Below, piece by piece: positions 8,456 through 17,544 of a DNA stretch of 28,002 nucleotides. The position numbers and the translations under genes were made by a program. Position 1 is the first letter of the stretch; the number at the start of each line of letters is the position of its first letter. The notes under the pieces were generated by a model that was not told the DNA's origin, searched no databases, and saw nothing but the letters and a program-made list of their open reading frames with translations. This stretch comes from Fidelibacterota bacterium (GTDB lineage Bacteria; Fidelibacterota; Marinisomatia; Marinisomatales; TCS55), in NCBI GenBank assembly GCA_036446075.1, contig JAZFSI010000113.1, positions 1 to 28,002 of the forward strand, given 5' to 3'.

Positions 8456-10228
8456 ATGAAAATACGGCAATTAGAAATCCTGCCTGTTATTTTATTTTCC
8501 GCGTTATTGATGGGAAAATCAAATTCCGTCGCCCTTAATGTTGTAAAAAATGCATTTTCATCCGAGCCGGAAACCGGAATAGAGCATTTAACGCCTTATC
8601 TGCTGGAGATTGCTAAAAACGGACACACATATTCTCAAACCGATAAAGAGCAGCTCAAAGTTCTGGGGTTTAATTTCCAAGGCAGGTTAGTCAACCGCTC
8701 CCTGTTTACACGCCCGGAATCCATTGGCCTGAATGAGTTTCATGATCGGGGCCTGTTCCGGATACATTTTGCAACCCAGGGGACACATGCTGTTAATACT
8801 CTGGATAACGATGCAAACGGCATTCCGGATTATGTAGATAATGTGGCTGCTGTTTTGGATACGGTGGCAAATGTGATCCTATCCCAAATGGGGTATACCG
8901 CTCCGCCGGGCGACAGCTGGTATGCTACGGGATCAGACAATGGAGGATCAAGCCATTATGATGTTTATTTAAACAAAATATCGTCTAATTATTATGGTTA
9001 TGTTCAGTCTGAAGATGATGCCCAGGGAACCGGTGACAATGAAAATAGTTCTTTAGTCCGGGAAGAAAATTCATTTACCAGTTATTTAATCATGCGCAAC
9101 AATTACAGCGGTTTTAAAGGAAAAGAAATAGATAATATCAGGGTTACGATTGCCCACGAATTCTTTCATGCCGTTCAATTCGGGTTTGACGGCTGGCAGA
9201 AATTCTGGCTATTAGAAGCCACAGCGACCTGGATGGAAGAAGCTTTATACGATGATATTAATGATTGTTACCAGTATATGCCCCGCTGGTTCGCCTCACC
9301 CCAGACCGCTCTGGATGCAGCGGGTCCTAAGCAGCTACACTGGTATGGTTCATATATATTCTTTGAATACATTAACGCACATCTGGGAGGGAGTAATGTA
9401 ATCAAGGATATCTTTGATTTCAGCCTGGAAAAAAACAGCCAGAATATTAATTCAAGCATTTGGTCCATAAATCAGGCTTTAGTAAAAAATAATTCCAACT
9501 TCTCTGAAGCCCTTAATAATATGGTTATTGCCAACCAGATTATGTCTTCCTTTCCTCTCGACGGAAATTATACGTACGAAGAAGCATTATTTTATAATGT
9601 TTCTCCGGCAATATTGGATACGGTTAATTTTCAAACAGGATTTCAGCAATCTTTAAACAGCAGCGAATTGGAACAGTTTGCCAGCCAGTATATCAAGCTG
9701 GTCTCGGCAACTCCCGTACAAGTTAATCTGTCGAATTTATCCGGCGGTATGGATGAGCTGCAAATGCATTCAATTATTAAATTAAATGATGATTCATATA
9801 AAATTTATTCTACTCCAACCGTCAATATTGACCCGGTTTTTACAAAATCTGTTACCCTGGCTGTTGTAAGTCAGGACAGCATTCGGGAAAAATGGTCATA
9901 TGCCCTATCATTTGAGGATGGTATACCAGGTACTAATCCCCTGGGTCCGGATGAATTCGTTCTGGATAATCCATATCCAAATCCATTCAACAACCGCTTG
10001 AATTTTTCAGTGTATATGCTGGCAGATAATAATCTGACAGTGAATGTGGTAGACTTAAATGGACGACAGGCGGCGCTTATTTTTAAAGGAAAACTGCCGG
10101 CCGGGAATCATGTATTCGGCTGGAGCGGGAAATTAGATAATGGCAGTGCAGCTGCCTCGGGGGTTTATTTCCTGGTTTTCAAGGGTAGTACAACCCAATC
10201 CTGGAAACCAATTACATTGGTAAAATAG
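8456..10228 (+). CDS. Secreted zinc metallopeptidase (MXAN_6640-like) with C-terminal T9SS type A / FlgD-Ig-like domain
   Basis: Signal peptide; DANGIPDYV; TIAHEFFHAVQ (HEXXH) then WLLEATATWMEE (third ligand Glu); C-terminal FVLDNPYPNPFN...ASGVYFL...ITLVK. Confidence 0.85.
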   Translation: MKIRQLEILPVILFSALLMGKSNSVALNVVKNAFSSEPETGIEHLTPYLLEIAKNGHTYSQTDKEQLKVLGFNFQGRLVNRSLFTRPESIGLNEFHDRGLFRIHFATQGTHAVNTLDNDANGIPDYVDNVAAVLDTVANVILSQMGYTAPPGDSWYATGSDNGGSSHYDVYLNKISSNYYGYVQSEDDAQGTGDNENSSLVREENSFTSYLIMRNNYSGFKGKEIDNIRVTIAHEFFHAVQFGFDGWQKFWLLEATATWMEEALYDDINDCYQYMPRWFASPQTALDAAGPKQLHWYGSYIFFEYINAHLGGSNVIKDIFDFSLEKNSQNINSSIWSINQALVKNNSNFSEALNNMVIANQIMSSFPLDGNYTYEEALFYNVSPAILDTVNFQTGFQQSLNSSELEQFASQYIKLVSATPVQVNLSNLSGGMDELQMHSIIKLNDDSYKIYSTPTVNIDPVFTKSVTLAVVSQDSIREKWSYALSFEDGIPGTNPLGPDEFVLDNPYPNPFNNRLNFSVYMLADNNLTVNVVDLNGRQAALIFKGKLPAGNHVFGWSGKLDNGSAAASGVYFLVFKGSTTQSWKPITLVK

Positions 10229-10282
10229 ACTAAATACAGCAATAAATATAAAATAGTTCCTGCATAAGAAAAATCTGGTAAC

Positions 10283-12445
10283 TTATAGTGAAATATTTCT
10301 TTCCGTGCCCATGTTTCTTTCCAATTCCGTATAATAATATTGAAATAAATTATCAACACGAAGTATTATATCCCAACCCCTCAGATTATAAGCGAAACTG
10401 AAATTCCAGACATGAATTGGAACCCTTTTATCTTGCCCAGTACGTTTGTTTTCCGGGAATAATTGAACTTTGTCCATACGGCTGGAATATCTGCTTTCAA
10501 TAAGTCCCGTAAACCTGCCTAATCGTGTTCCCCCGCTAGTCACCAGATTGTGGCGATACCTGTAGGATAAAGTATCAATCACCTGGTCTCGTTTATTAAT
10601 TTTAACAGGATTCAGCCAGGTATAAGCCATGTTCAAAAATATAAGATCCCCAATAAGATTCTGCTTAATTCCAATTTCCGAACCTGATATACGGGCCCGG
10701 GTGATATTTTCAAAATGTATTATTCCGTCATCTCCCAAAATTGGTTCCACAAGACCGTCGAAAGTTGAACTGAAGAAAGCGCCGTCAATTTTTATATTCG
10801 AGATCCACCAATTACCCGGATGAACTATGGAATTGCCAAATTCATAAGAAGTACTGGTTTCAGCTTCCAGATCCGGATTCGGCTCTACTTTAAATACATT
10901 AAGCTGAGAGGAAATAAACATTTCTGCTACAGTAGGTACTCGAAAACCCTTTGAAACTGAGGCTCTCCATGACAGCCAATCCGACTGCCTAAAATTCATG
11001 GCCAGCTGGGGAGATAATTTTTTATCGAGCAGATTCCCATCTACCGTATAATAATCAAACCGTGTCCCGGCAGTAATTGAGAGCCGTTTTAATAAACGCA
11101 ACTGGGTCAGCATGTAAACGGCCAGAGTCAGGCTGCTGTGATTTCCAAAGGCCCGGGCTTCCACTCTGGTTTTCTGAACAACCAGTCCTGTGGTGATTTG
11201 AGTAGATTTACCAATACCTGTACTTAACTGGATTTCCCCAAATAATTTATTTTCATCAGCGAAATCATCGTTAGTAGTACTATAATTCTGCCAATGTACA
11301 TCATATAATCCTGACTTTATTTTCAGGATTGTGTTCCCGGAATATAAAATATTAAAAAAACCGTTAATATTAAGTTTACTACCTTCCGATCTATCTTTTT
11401 TTGCCCCCTGCGGTGCTTCAAAAGGATGGGCCGCATTTCTCCAGAGGGAAGAAAGGCCGACCTGGTCCGTATAATAATTTCCAAATATTGAACCTGTATA
11501 AGACTGACCGAAATTATATTTGATTTTTCCTGTTAAATTGTATGATTTTTTCCAGTCAAGCTGATTAAAGCCGTCTGAATTATTTGTTTGTGCACGAACC
11601 CAGGCGCTATGATTCCCCACGGGACGGGAATGAGTCAATTCCAAAATATGGTAAAATCCGGGAGTTTCTCTCCATTTCCATTGATCATATACGGGTTCGC
11701 TGTACAGGCCCGTTTTAAGACGAAATCTTGTTTCTGGCTGTGAAGGTGCATTTCTGGTCAAAACATTTATGACCCCTCCCATGGCGCTTGAGCCGTATAC
11801 AGCAGAACCGCCAGATTTTACAATCTCAACCTGCTCGATTTCAGATGTAGGAATTACTGCCCAGGTAATATTACCTGAGGCGCTGCCCAATAAAGGTACA
11901 CCATCAAGCAGCAGTAACGATCTATCTCCTGCTCCCAGTGTATAACCGGAAGCTCCTCTAATATTCACCTGCCCGTTAACCGTGAATAATCCGGGAATAA
12001 AAGGCAATATTTCAGATAAATCCGTAACCGATTTTTCTCTTAATTCACGCGGACTTATTACGGATACGGACAGGGGTACTTCCATTATATCCTGTTTTTT
12101 TCTGGAGGCAGTAACAATCACTTCCGGACCCGCCAATATATCTTGCTTCAATTTTATTTCTAATTCAGTAGTTTTACCAGGATTTACAGTTACCGGAGCA
12201 ACTGTTTTTTTTTCATATCCAATCATGCTGATTATTAAAGTGAAATTCCCGGAAGAAAGATTAGAAATTTGAAAAACTCCCTCCTGGTTTGTGGTTGTGC
12301 CCATAAAAGTATTTTTTAGAAGAATATTTACTCCCGCTAGCGGAACTCCCGATTCCTGATCTGTAATACTGCCATGGATATTACCATTTTGTGCAGCCGA
12401 AATGAGAGGCAGGAACAGGAAAACTAAAACCGCAATTATTTTCAT
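10283..12445 (-). CDS. TonB-dependent outer-membrane receptor with N-terminal carboxypeptidase-regulatory-like domain; C-terminus looks short
   Basis: Signal peptide, GSITDQESGVPLAGVNILL...SMIGY, TonB-box-like EVIVTASR, plug motifs LLLLDGVP and IEQVEIVKSGGSAVYGSSAMGGVINVLT, GFRVPTVAEMF, PNPDLEAE and VDNLF. It ends RNISL* with no terminal aromatic residue. Confidence 0.93.
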   Translation of the reverse strand: MKIIAVLVFLFLPLISAAQNGNIHGSITDQESGVPLAGVNILLKNTFMGTTTNQEGVFQISNLSSGNFTLIISMIGYEKKTVAPVTVNPGKTTELEIKLKQDILAGPEVIVTASRKKQDIMEVPLSVSVISPRELREKSVTDLSEILPFIPGLFTVNGQVNIRGASGYTLGAGDRSLLLLDGVPLLGSASGNITWAVIPTSEIEQVEIVKSGGSAVYGSSAMGGVINVLTRNAPSQPETRFRLKTGLYSEPVYDQWKWRETPGFYHILELTHSRPVGNHSAWVRAQTNNSDGFNQLDWKKSYNLTGKIKYNFGQSYTGSIFGNYYTDQVGLSSLWRNAAHPFEAPQGAKKDRSEGSKLNINGFFNILYSGNTILKIKSGLYDVHWQNYSTTNDDFADENKLFGEIQLSTGIGKSTQITTGLVVQKTRVEARAFGNHSSLTLAVYMLTQLRLLKRLSITAGTRFDYYTVDGNLLDKKLSPQLAMNFRQSDWLSWRASVSKGFRVPTVAEMFISSQLNVFKVEPNPDLEAETSTSYEFGNSIVHPGNWWISNIKIDGAFFSSTFDGLVEPILGDDGIIHFENITRARISGSEIGIKQNLIGDLIFLNMAYTWLNPVKINKRDQVIDTLSYRYRHNLVTSGGTRLGRFTGLIESRYSSRMDKVQLFPENKRTGQDKRVPIHVWNFSFAYNLRGWDIILRVDNLFQYYYTELERNMGTERNISL

Positions 12446-12933
12446 TAAAAATTAATAACCTGGTCTGCGTTCTCTAATAAACCAGCCCTAATCCGAAATA
12501 CACTTTGGAAAGGTGGTGTTTTATCTAATATCACCAGAGGCAGGTTATCAGATGCCAGCACGGAATCTATTTGAGTAAAAAATAAACCCGGATCCATTTC
12601 CAGACCTACGGCTGCTAAAAAATATACACCTGGTTCCAATTGGAAAAAGTACTCACTGTTTTGAGTACCCGGATAATCGGGATTGCTATAGTCCACAATC
12701 AAGTCTCCAAGATTAGCTTCATCCAATCCCTTGAGCACGACCAGGGCTGCCGCCTGGATAGAATCGGGCCAGATGCCATGGTAAAGAATATTACCTTCAA
12801 TTCCCGTCGGCGGTTTTAGACTGTCCGGCTCCTGGCAGGAATAAGATCCCGCCAGGCAGTTTAGAATCAATATGGAAACAATCATAAGATTCTGATACTT
12901 TTGATTCCAGGAAGAAATTGAACCTTTTACCAT
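12445..12933 (-). CDS. Hypothetical probable lipoprotein coupled to the TonB-dependent receptor
   Basis: Hydrophobic N-region ending LAGSYSC (non-canonical lipobox), then a beta-rich domain; its TAA overlaps the receptor ATG (TAATG). Confidence 0.7.
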   Translation of the reverse strand: MVKGSISSWNQKYQNLMIVSILILNCLAGSYSCQEPDSLKPPTGIEGNILYHGIWPDSIQAAALVVLKGLDEANLGDLIVDYSNPDYPGTQNSEYFFQLEPGVYFLAAVGLEMDPGLFFTQIDSVLASDNLPLVILDKTPPFQSVFRIRAGLLENADQVINF

Positions 12934-13004
12934 ATTAAGGAAAGTTACCGCTCGAGTGCATTAATTGAAACAAGAAGCGGGGAAAAGAAAAAAAGAAGTC
13001 AGTT

Positions 13005-13080
13005 GGCAGAGATCAGAGGAAAAGAAAAAATCAGGACGCTTAATGTGTTTCATTACTCACAGTTAACAATTCACTAATCA
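13005..13080. repeat. Partial copy of the interspersed repeat plus a degenerate heptamer tract
   Basis: GGCAGAGATCAGAGGAAAA (13005-13023) resembles GGCAGAAATCAGAGGGGAAAA at 27963. The CTCACAG-TTAACAA-TTCACTA tract lies just past the comM stop. Confidence 0.45.
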
Positions 13081-13081
13081 G

Positions 13082-14620
13082 CTATCCCAGCCACAACTGC
13101 CGGTCCAGACTTCGATATTGGATGGCTTCGCTTACATGTTGATATTGAATAGCTGCAGAAGATTCCAAATCTGCAATCGTACGGGATACTTTTAAAATGC
13201 GGTCGTAGGCCCGGGCCGATAAGCCCAGATTATCCATGGCCGCCTTTAGAATTCCGGCTGATTTACGATCTAAATAACAGTGTTTTTTTAAATCTCTTGA
13301 TTCCATTTGGGAATTAAAAAAGATCGATTCTTCCTTAAAACGGTTTAACTGAATATCCCGGGCAAGATTTATTCTTGATTTTATTTTAATTGAACTTTCG
13401 CCCGATTTTTTATCAGCCAGTTTAGAAAATGGAACTGTGGGTACTTCTATCTGGATATCAATTCTGTCCATCAAAGGCCCGGAAATGCGGCTCATGTATT
13501 TTTGGATCATGGCAGGTGTGCAGGAACATTCATTATTCAAATCGGTGGCATAACCGCAGGGGCAAGGATTCATGGCAGCTACCAGCATAAACCTGGCTGG
13601 ATAATTCAGGCTCACGGCTGCCCGGGCAATAGTGACCTGTCCATCTTCCAGGGGCTGACGCATGACTTCCAGAACATTTTTTTTAAATTCCGGTAATTCA
13701 TCTAAAAATAATACTCCATTATGGGCTAAACTGACTTCACCAGGTTTGGGATAAGTGCCGCCCCCGATTAAACCGGCATCGGAGATAGTATGATGAGGTG
13801 ATCGGAAGGGCCGGGCTGATATAATACCCAGACCTTTTGGCAGAAGACCTGCCACAGAATGTATTTTTGTTGTTTGCAATGCTTCTTCTAATATCATATC
13901 CGGCAATATGGTGGGCATGCGTTTGCTGAGCATGGATTTGCCGCTGCCGGGAGGTCCGATTAAAAGTACGTTATGGCTTCCGGCTGCAGAAACTTCCAAG
14001 GCTCTTTTTACATGTTCCTGCCCTTTAACGTCCTGGAAATCAACCTTATATATTTTATTTTTTTCAAATAATTTTTTTCGATTTAATATCAATGGTTCAA
14101 AATGATTTTTATTGTTTAAAATATCCAGGACGTCTTTTAGAGATTTTACTCCGACCACCTTAACTCCATTTACTAAAGCCGCTTCAGCAGCATTCTGGTA
14201 GGGCAGTATCAGGCCTTTAATCCCGGTATCACGAGCGCATAGAGCTATTGGCAAAGCGCCGCGAACGGGCCGCAGAGAGCCATCTAAAGCCAATTCACCC
14301 AGTATGAGCAGTTTGTTAAGGTAAGTGGATTTAACTGCGCCCATTTCAGCCAGAATTCCAACAGCTATGGGTAAATCAAATCCGGATCCTTCCTTGCGGA
14401 TATCAGCAGGAGCCAGATTAATCGTAATATGTTTCAAAGGAAAGCTGAAGCCCGTGTTTTTAATGGCCGCACTTACCCTTTCCTTGCTTTCCCTGACTGC
14501 TCCTTCAGGCAGACCTACAGTAACAAAACGGGGTAATTTTGCGCCGGTTAAATGAGCTTCAACCTCAACAATATACGCATCAATCCCCAGGATGGAACTA
14601 CTTAATACACAGGCCGGCAT
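13082..14620 (-). CDS. comM: YifB/ComM family Mg-chelatase-like AAA+ ATPase
   Basis: ITINLAPADIRKEGSGFDLPIA, GELALDG, GPPGSGKS (Walker A), FRSPHHTIS, GEVSLAHNGVLFLDELPEF, Zn finger NPCPCGY...CSC, SGPLMDRID and SARAYDRILKVSRTIADL. Confidence 0.95.
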   Translation of the reverse strand: MPACVLSSSILGIDAYIVEVEAHLTGAKLPRFVTVGLPEGAVRESKERVSAAIKNTGFSFPLKHITINLAPADIRKEGSGFDLPIAVGILAEMGAVKSTYLNKLLILGELALDGSLRPVRGALPIALCARDTGIKGLILPYQNAAEAALVNGVKVVGVKSLKDVLDILNNKNHFEPLILNRKKLFEKNKIYKVDFQDVKGQEHVKRALEVSAAGSHNVLLIGPPGSGKSMLSKRMPTILPDMILEEALQTTKIHSVAGLLPKGLGIISARPFRSPHHTISDAGLIGGGTYPKPGEVSLAHNGVLFLDELPEFKKNVLEVMRQPLEDGQVTIARAAVSLNYPARFMLVAAMNPCPCGYATDLNNECSCTPAMIQKYMSRISGPLMDRIDIQIEVPTVPFSKLADKKSGESSIKIKSRINLARDIQLNRFKEESIFFNSQMESRDLKKHCYLDRKSAGILKAAMDNLGLSARAYDRILKVSRTIADLESSAAIQYQHVSEAIQYRSLDRQLWLG

Positions 14621-14813
14621 TAAAAAAACAGGAAGTGATATAATTCAATCCCAGGTAGGGTATTAAAAGGTAGAGAATAGAATCGCGCACAAGGTAAAAC
14701 AGGAAAAAATACAGCAGGATTACCCAGCCTTTTTTCCTTAATAAGAGTTTAATTCCCCCTGTTTTGATAATATTCCGCCATTCTAAAGTGAACTTCGGGC
14801 GGTAAAAAGACAT
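14598..14813 (-). CDS. Small membrane protein, 71 aa
   Basis: Amphipathic basic N-half followed by a TM segment with FLFYLVRDSILY. The ATG overlaps the upstream stop (TAATG), and the 3' end overlaps the comM start by 23 nt. Confidence 0.6.
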   Translation of the reverse strand: MSFYRPKFTLEWRNIIKTGGIKLLLRKKGWVILLYFFLFYLVRDSILYLLIPYLGLNYITSCFFNAGLCIK

Positions 14814-15247
14814 TAGTTCTCCGGTTTTATAGTATTAAACTTAAGATTCTCATATTTTTCCCAAATAGTTTCTCCCGCCGCCTGATGAAAGCGGAAAGCA
14901 AAAGATAAAGCATCATCGAAAGGATTGCCAAGGAATTCGGCATGACTGAAGTACTCGTCTATCCAACCGATGAATTCCTGCATTTCCCCCTGGTTAATCT
15001 GGTCGAAAATGCCATATACCAGTTCAGCCTGGTTGTCGTAGTACCAGGTTGTCAAATCACTATAACCCTGATTCTTGATCAATTTTTGATGAGTGTCATA
15101 TACCTGTGTCAGATAAGAAAACAGAAAAATTTCTTTTTCTTTTGGTTCTAAAGTTTTCCAATAAACGGAAATTACATTAGGGCTGTTCACTTTTTCCTGA
15201 GCGAAAAGGAATCCAAATGATAATAATAATGATAAAAATATTTTCAA
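14813..15247 (-). CDS. Hypothetical exported protein, 144 aa
   Basis: Start moved to TTG 15247, which has AAGGAG 6 nt upstream and lies 1 nt after the ispG stop. This gives a clean signal peptide ([16 protein letters not shown]) and a helical acidic mature domain. Confidence 0.7.
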   Translation of the reverse strand: MKIFLSLLLSFGFLFAQEKVNSPNVISVYWKTLEPKEKEIFLFSYLTQVYDTHQKLIKNQGYSDLTTWYYDNQAELVYGIFDQINQGEMQEFIGWIDEYFSHAEFLGNPFDDALSFAFRFHQAAGETIWEKYENLKFNTIKPEN

Positions 15248-15248
15248 T

Positions 15249-16322
15249 CTAATCTCCTTTTTGGTCAGCCTCAAATTCCATGATAAGTTCCTGCAGTTTT
15301 TCAAGGGCGTCTTTTTCTGATACTTTACCCCGATTCCTGCCCTTATAATACAAATGACCGCTGCCCTTTCCAAAGGCAATACCCAAGTCCGTACGGGAAG
15401 CTTCCCCGGGACCATTAACCGCACAGCCCATTAAAGAAATGGTCATGGGGGTATCTACATTTTTTAATTTTTCCTCTAATTCTCCTGCAATTTTAAATAA
15501 ATCTACTTCGAGTCGTCCGCAGGTAGGGCAGGCCACGATAGTTACACCCTTAGAAGCCAATCCCAGGGACTTTAATATTTCGAATCCAATCCTTACTTCT
15601 TCGACAGGATCATCCGTCAAACTTACCCTGATTGTATCACCGATCCCCTCACTGAGCAGAGAACCGATACCCACTGCAGATTTAATTGATCCCGCTTTAG
15701 CCGGACCTGCTTCAGTAACTCCCAAATGCAGGGGATAATCAAATTCTTCGGAAAAAAGCTGATAAGAGTTTGTCATTAAACGCACATCCGACGCCTTTAA
15801 AGAAACGATTAAATTATTAAAATCATTTTCAAGGCAGATATTTATGTGCCGGCGGGCACTTTCCACCATGGCCTCAGGTGTAGGATACCCATATTTATCC
15901 AATAAATCTTTTTCTAAACTACCGGCATTTACCCCAATTCGGATCGGCAGGCTCGCGCCTTTAACTTTATTGAGTACTTCTTTCACCCTGTCCTTCCCGC
16001 CTATATTCCCGGGATTAATTCTGATTTTATCTGCTCCGGCATCAACTGCTTCCAAGGCCATACGGTAATTAAAGTGAATATCGGCTATTAAGGGTACGGA
16101 CATTCTTTTTTTAATTTCGCCTAAAGCAGCAGCAGCCTTTTTATCCGGAACAGTTATTCGAATCAGCTGGCATCCGGCTTCCTCTAATCTTTCAACTTCT
16201 TTCAGGGTTGCCGTTATGTTATGGGTTTTTGTAGTGGTCATGGACTGGATTGTGATGGGTGCATCTCCTCCAATGAACAAACTGCCGACTTTTACTTTTC
16301 TTGTTTTTCTGCGTTCGGGCAT
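15249..16322 (-). CDS. ispG: (E)-4-hydroxy-3-methylbut-2-enyl-diphosphate synthase (MEP pathway, 4Fe-4S)
   Basis: [60 protein letters not shown] and [11 protein letters not shown]. Confidence 0.97.
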   Translation of the reverse strand: MPERRKTRKVKVGSLFIGGDAPITIQSMTTTKTHNITATLKEVERLEEAGCQLIRITVPDKKAAAALGEIKKRMSVPLIADIHFNYRMALEAVDAGADKIRINPGNIGGKDRVKEVLNKVKGASLPIRIGVNAGSLEKDLLDKYGYPTPEAMVESARRHINICLENDFNNLIVSLKASDVRLMTNSYQLFSEEFDYPLHLGVTEAGPAKAGSIKSAVGIGSLLSEGIGDTIRVSLTDDPVEEVRIGFEILKSLGLASKGVTIVACPTCGRLEVDLFKIAGELEEKLKNVDTPMTISLMGCAVNGPGEASRTDLGIAFGKGSGHLYYKGRNRGKVSEKDALEKLQELIMEFEADQKGD

Positions 16323-16340
16323 ATTTAATTTCAGCTGAAT

Positions 16341-17480
16341 TTATGGTTTATTAATTTTTTCTAAAATTGATTCCTGTATGTAGGGCCTCTCTAAATACAT
16401 TTGAGACAAAACTACGGCATGGCTAAAATTATCTAATTCTCGACAGCTTTCATAGGCTGAGATTGCTGCCTTTCTATCTTCCAGTAAGTCTAGAATCATG
16501 CCCTTTCTTAAAAATGCAAAGCTTAATACAGCATCCAAGTCTGATCTGTATTCGGATATACAATGTTCCAAACTAACCAGGGACTGTTTGTAATTTCCTG
16601 TGAGAAAATAATAGTGTCCCCATTCGTAATGGAGATAGCTCGAAAATACTAGCTGCTGACGGGAGGTAAGCAGCCTAAGTTTTTCTCCCATGCCACTTAA
16701 TAATTCTCCGGCCTGATCAATCTTATTTGTTTGTAATAATCCTTCTATGTAATGAATTTGAAAATCAAAATTATGGGGGAATTCCTGTGCTAGTTCCCTG
16801 GCAATTTTTTCCCCTTTTAAAGAATCGACATCCATCCAAAGATAAATATATGAAAGTACGCTTTTTGCTTCAATCCAGGCCCACTCACTTTTGTCGGCGG
16901 CTATTTCCATTTTTTCCAGTCCTGAGATACGAGAGGGATTTATTCCGAACAGAGTTGCTGCTGATTTTATAAAATAATTACTGAGTCCGGCATAGTATTC
17001 GAGTATCCCCATAGGTAAATATGTATCTTTTAATCCAGGATCCAATTCGGCGCTGTGTTTAATCAATTGAAAGCCCTGATAGGCAGCAGCCAGCGTACTT
17101 ATCCATTTTTTCTGTCCCAGAAGAAATCTGGCCTTTAATCCTCTGGTTGACCCTAAATAAAGCAGATATTCAGGATGATCGGGATATTTTTTCAATAATC
17201 CGGTATATACGGAATCAACTTCAGCTATATCACGATTTAATAATGTATACATCTCCTCAGGCAGTGAATTAGCTTCATTGAATTTCCAGCGGGCGCCTAC
17301 CCAGGTTAAATGCACAATAGGATTTTCCGGGTAATCCAGGCGAACCTGATTTAAAATTTCTATGCTGCGTTCAAATTCGTAATTGTAAAAAGCTCTAACA
17401 CCTTCTTTTACAATATCATCACCTGGATGACCCGACAGTAATACGGCCACAGGCAGTAATAAAATTAATAAGCTTCTCAT
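16341..17480 (-). CDS. Exported TPR-like helical repeat protein
   Basis: Signal-like N-terminus and TPR-type helices (HYEWGHYYFLTGNYKQSL, FAFLRKGMILDLLEDRKAAISAYESC). Confidence 0.78.
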   Translation of the reverse strand: MRSLLILLLPVAVLLSGHPGDDIVKEGVRAFYNYEFERSIEILNQVRLDYPENPIVHLTWVGARWKFNEANSLPEEMYTLLNRDIAEVDSVYTGLLKKYPDHPEYLLYLGSTRGLKARFLLGQKKWISTLAAAYQGFQLIKHSAELDPGLKDTYLPMGILEYYAGLSNYFIKSAATLFGINPSRISGLEKMEIAADKSEWAWIEAKSVLSYIYLWMDVDSLKGEKIARELAQEFPHNFDFQIHYIEGLLQTNKIDQAGELLSGMGEKLRLLTSRQQLVFSSYLHYEWGHYYFLTGNYKQSLVSLEHCISEYRSDLDAVLSFAFLRKGMILDLLEDRKAAISAYESCRELDNFSHAVVLSQMYLERPYIQESILEKINKP

Positions 17481-17544
17481 TTATTTATTAAAAATTAGAC
17501 CTATACAATCCAAACCCGATTTTAAGGCAGGAATAAATTAATTG

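Noticed and set aside
7488-10285. TAA recoding to explain the two suspicious stops (7488 and 10283)
   Set aside because: TAA ends many clearly complete genes here (alaS, ridA, SNF, aminopeptidase), so the standard code applies.
15248-15424. N-terminal extension of ORF 14813..15424
   Set aside because: It overlaps the ispG 3' end; TTG 15247 has a strong SD and gives a proper signal peptide.
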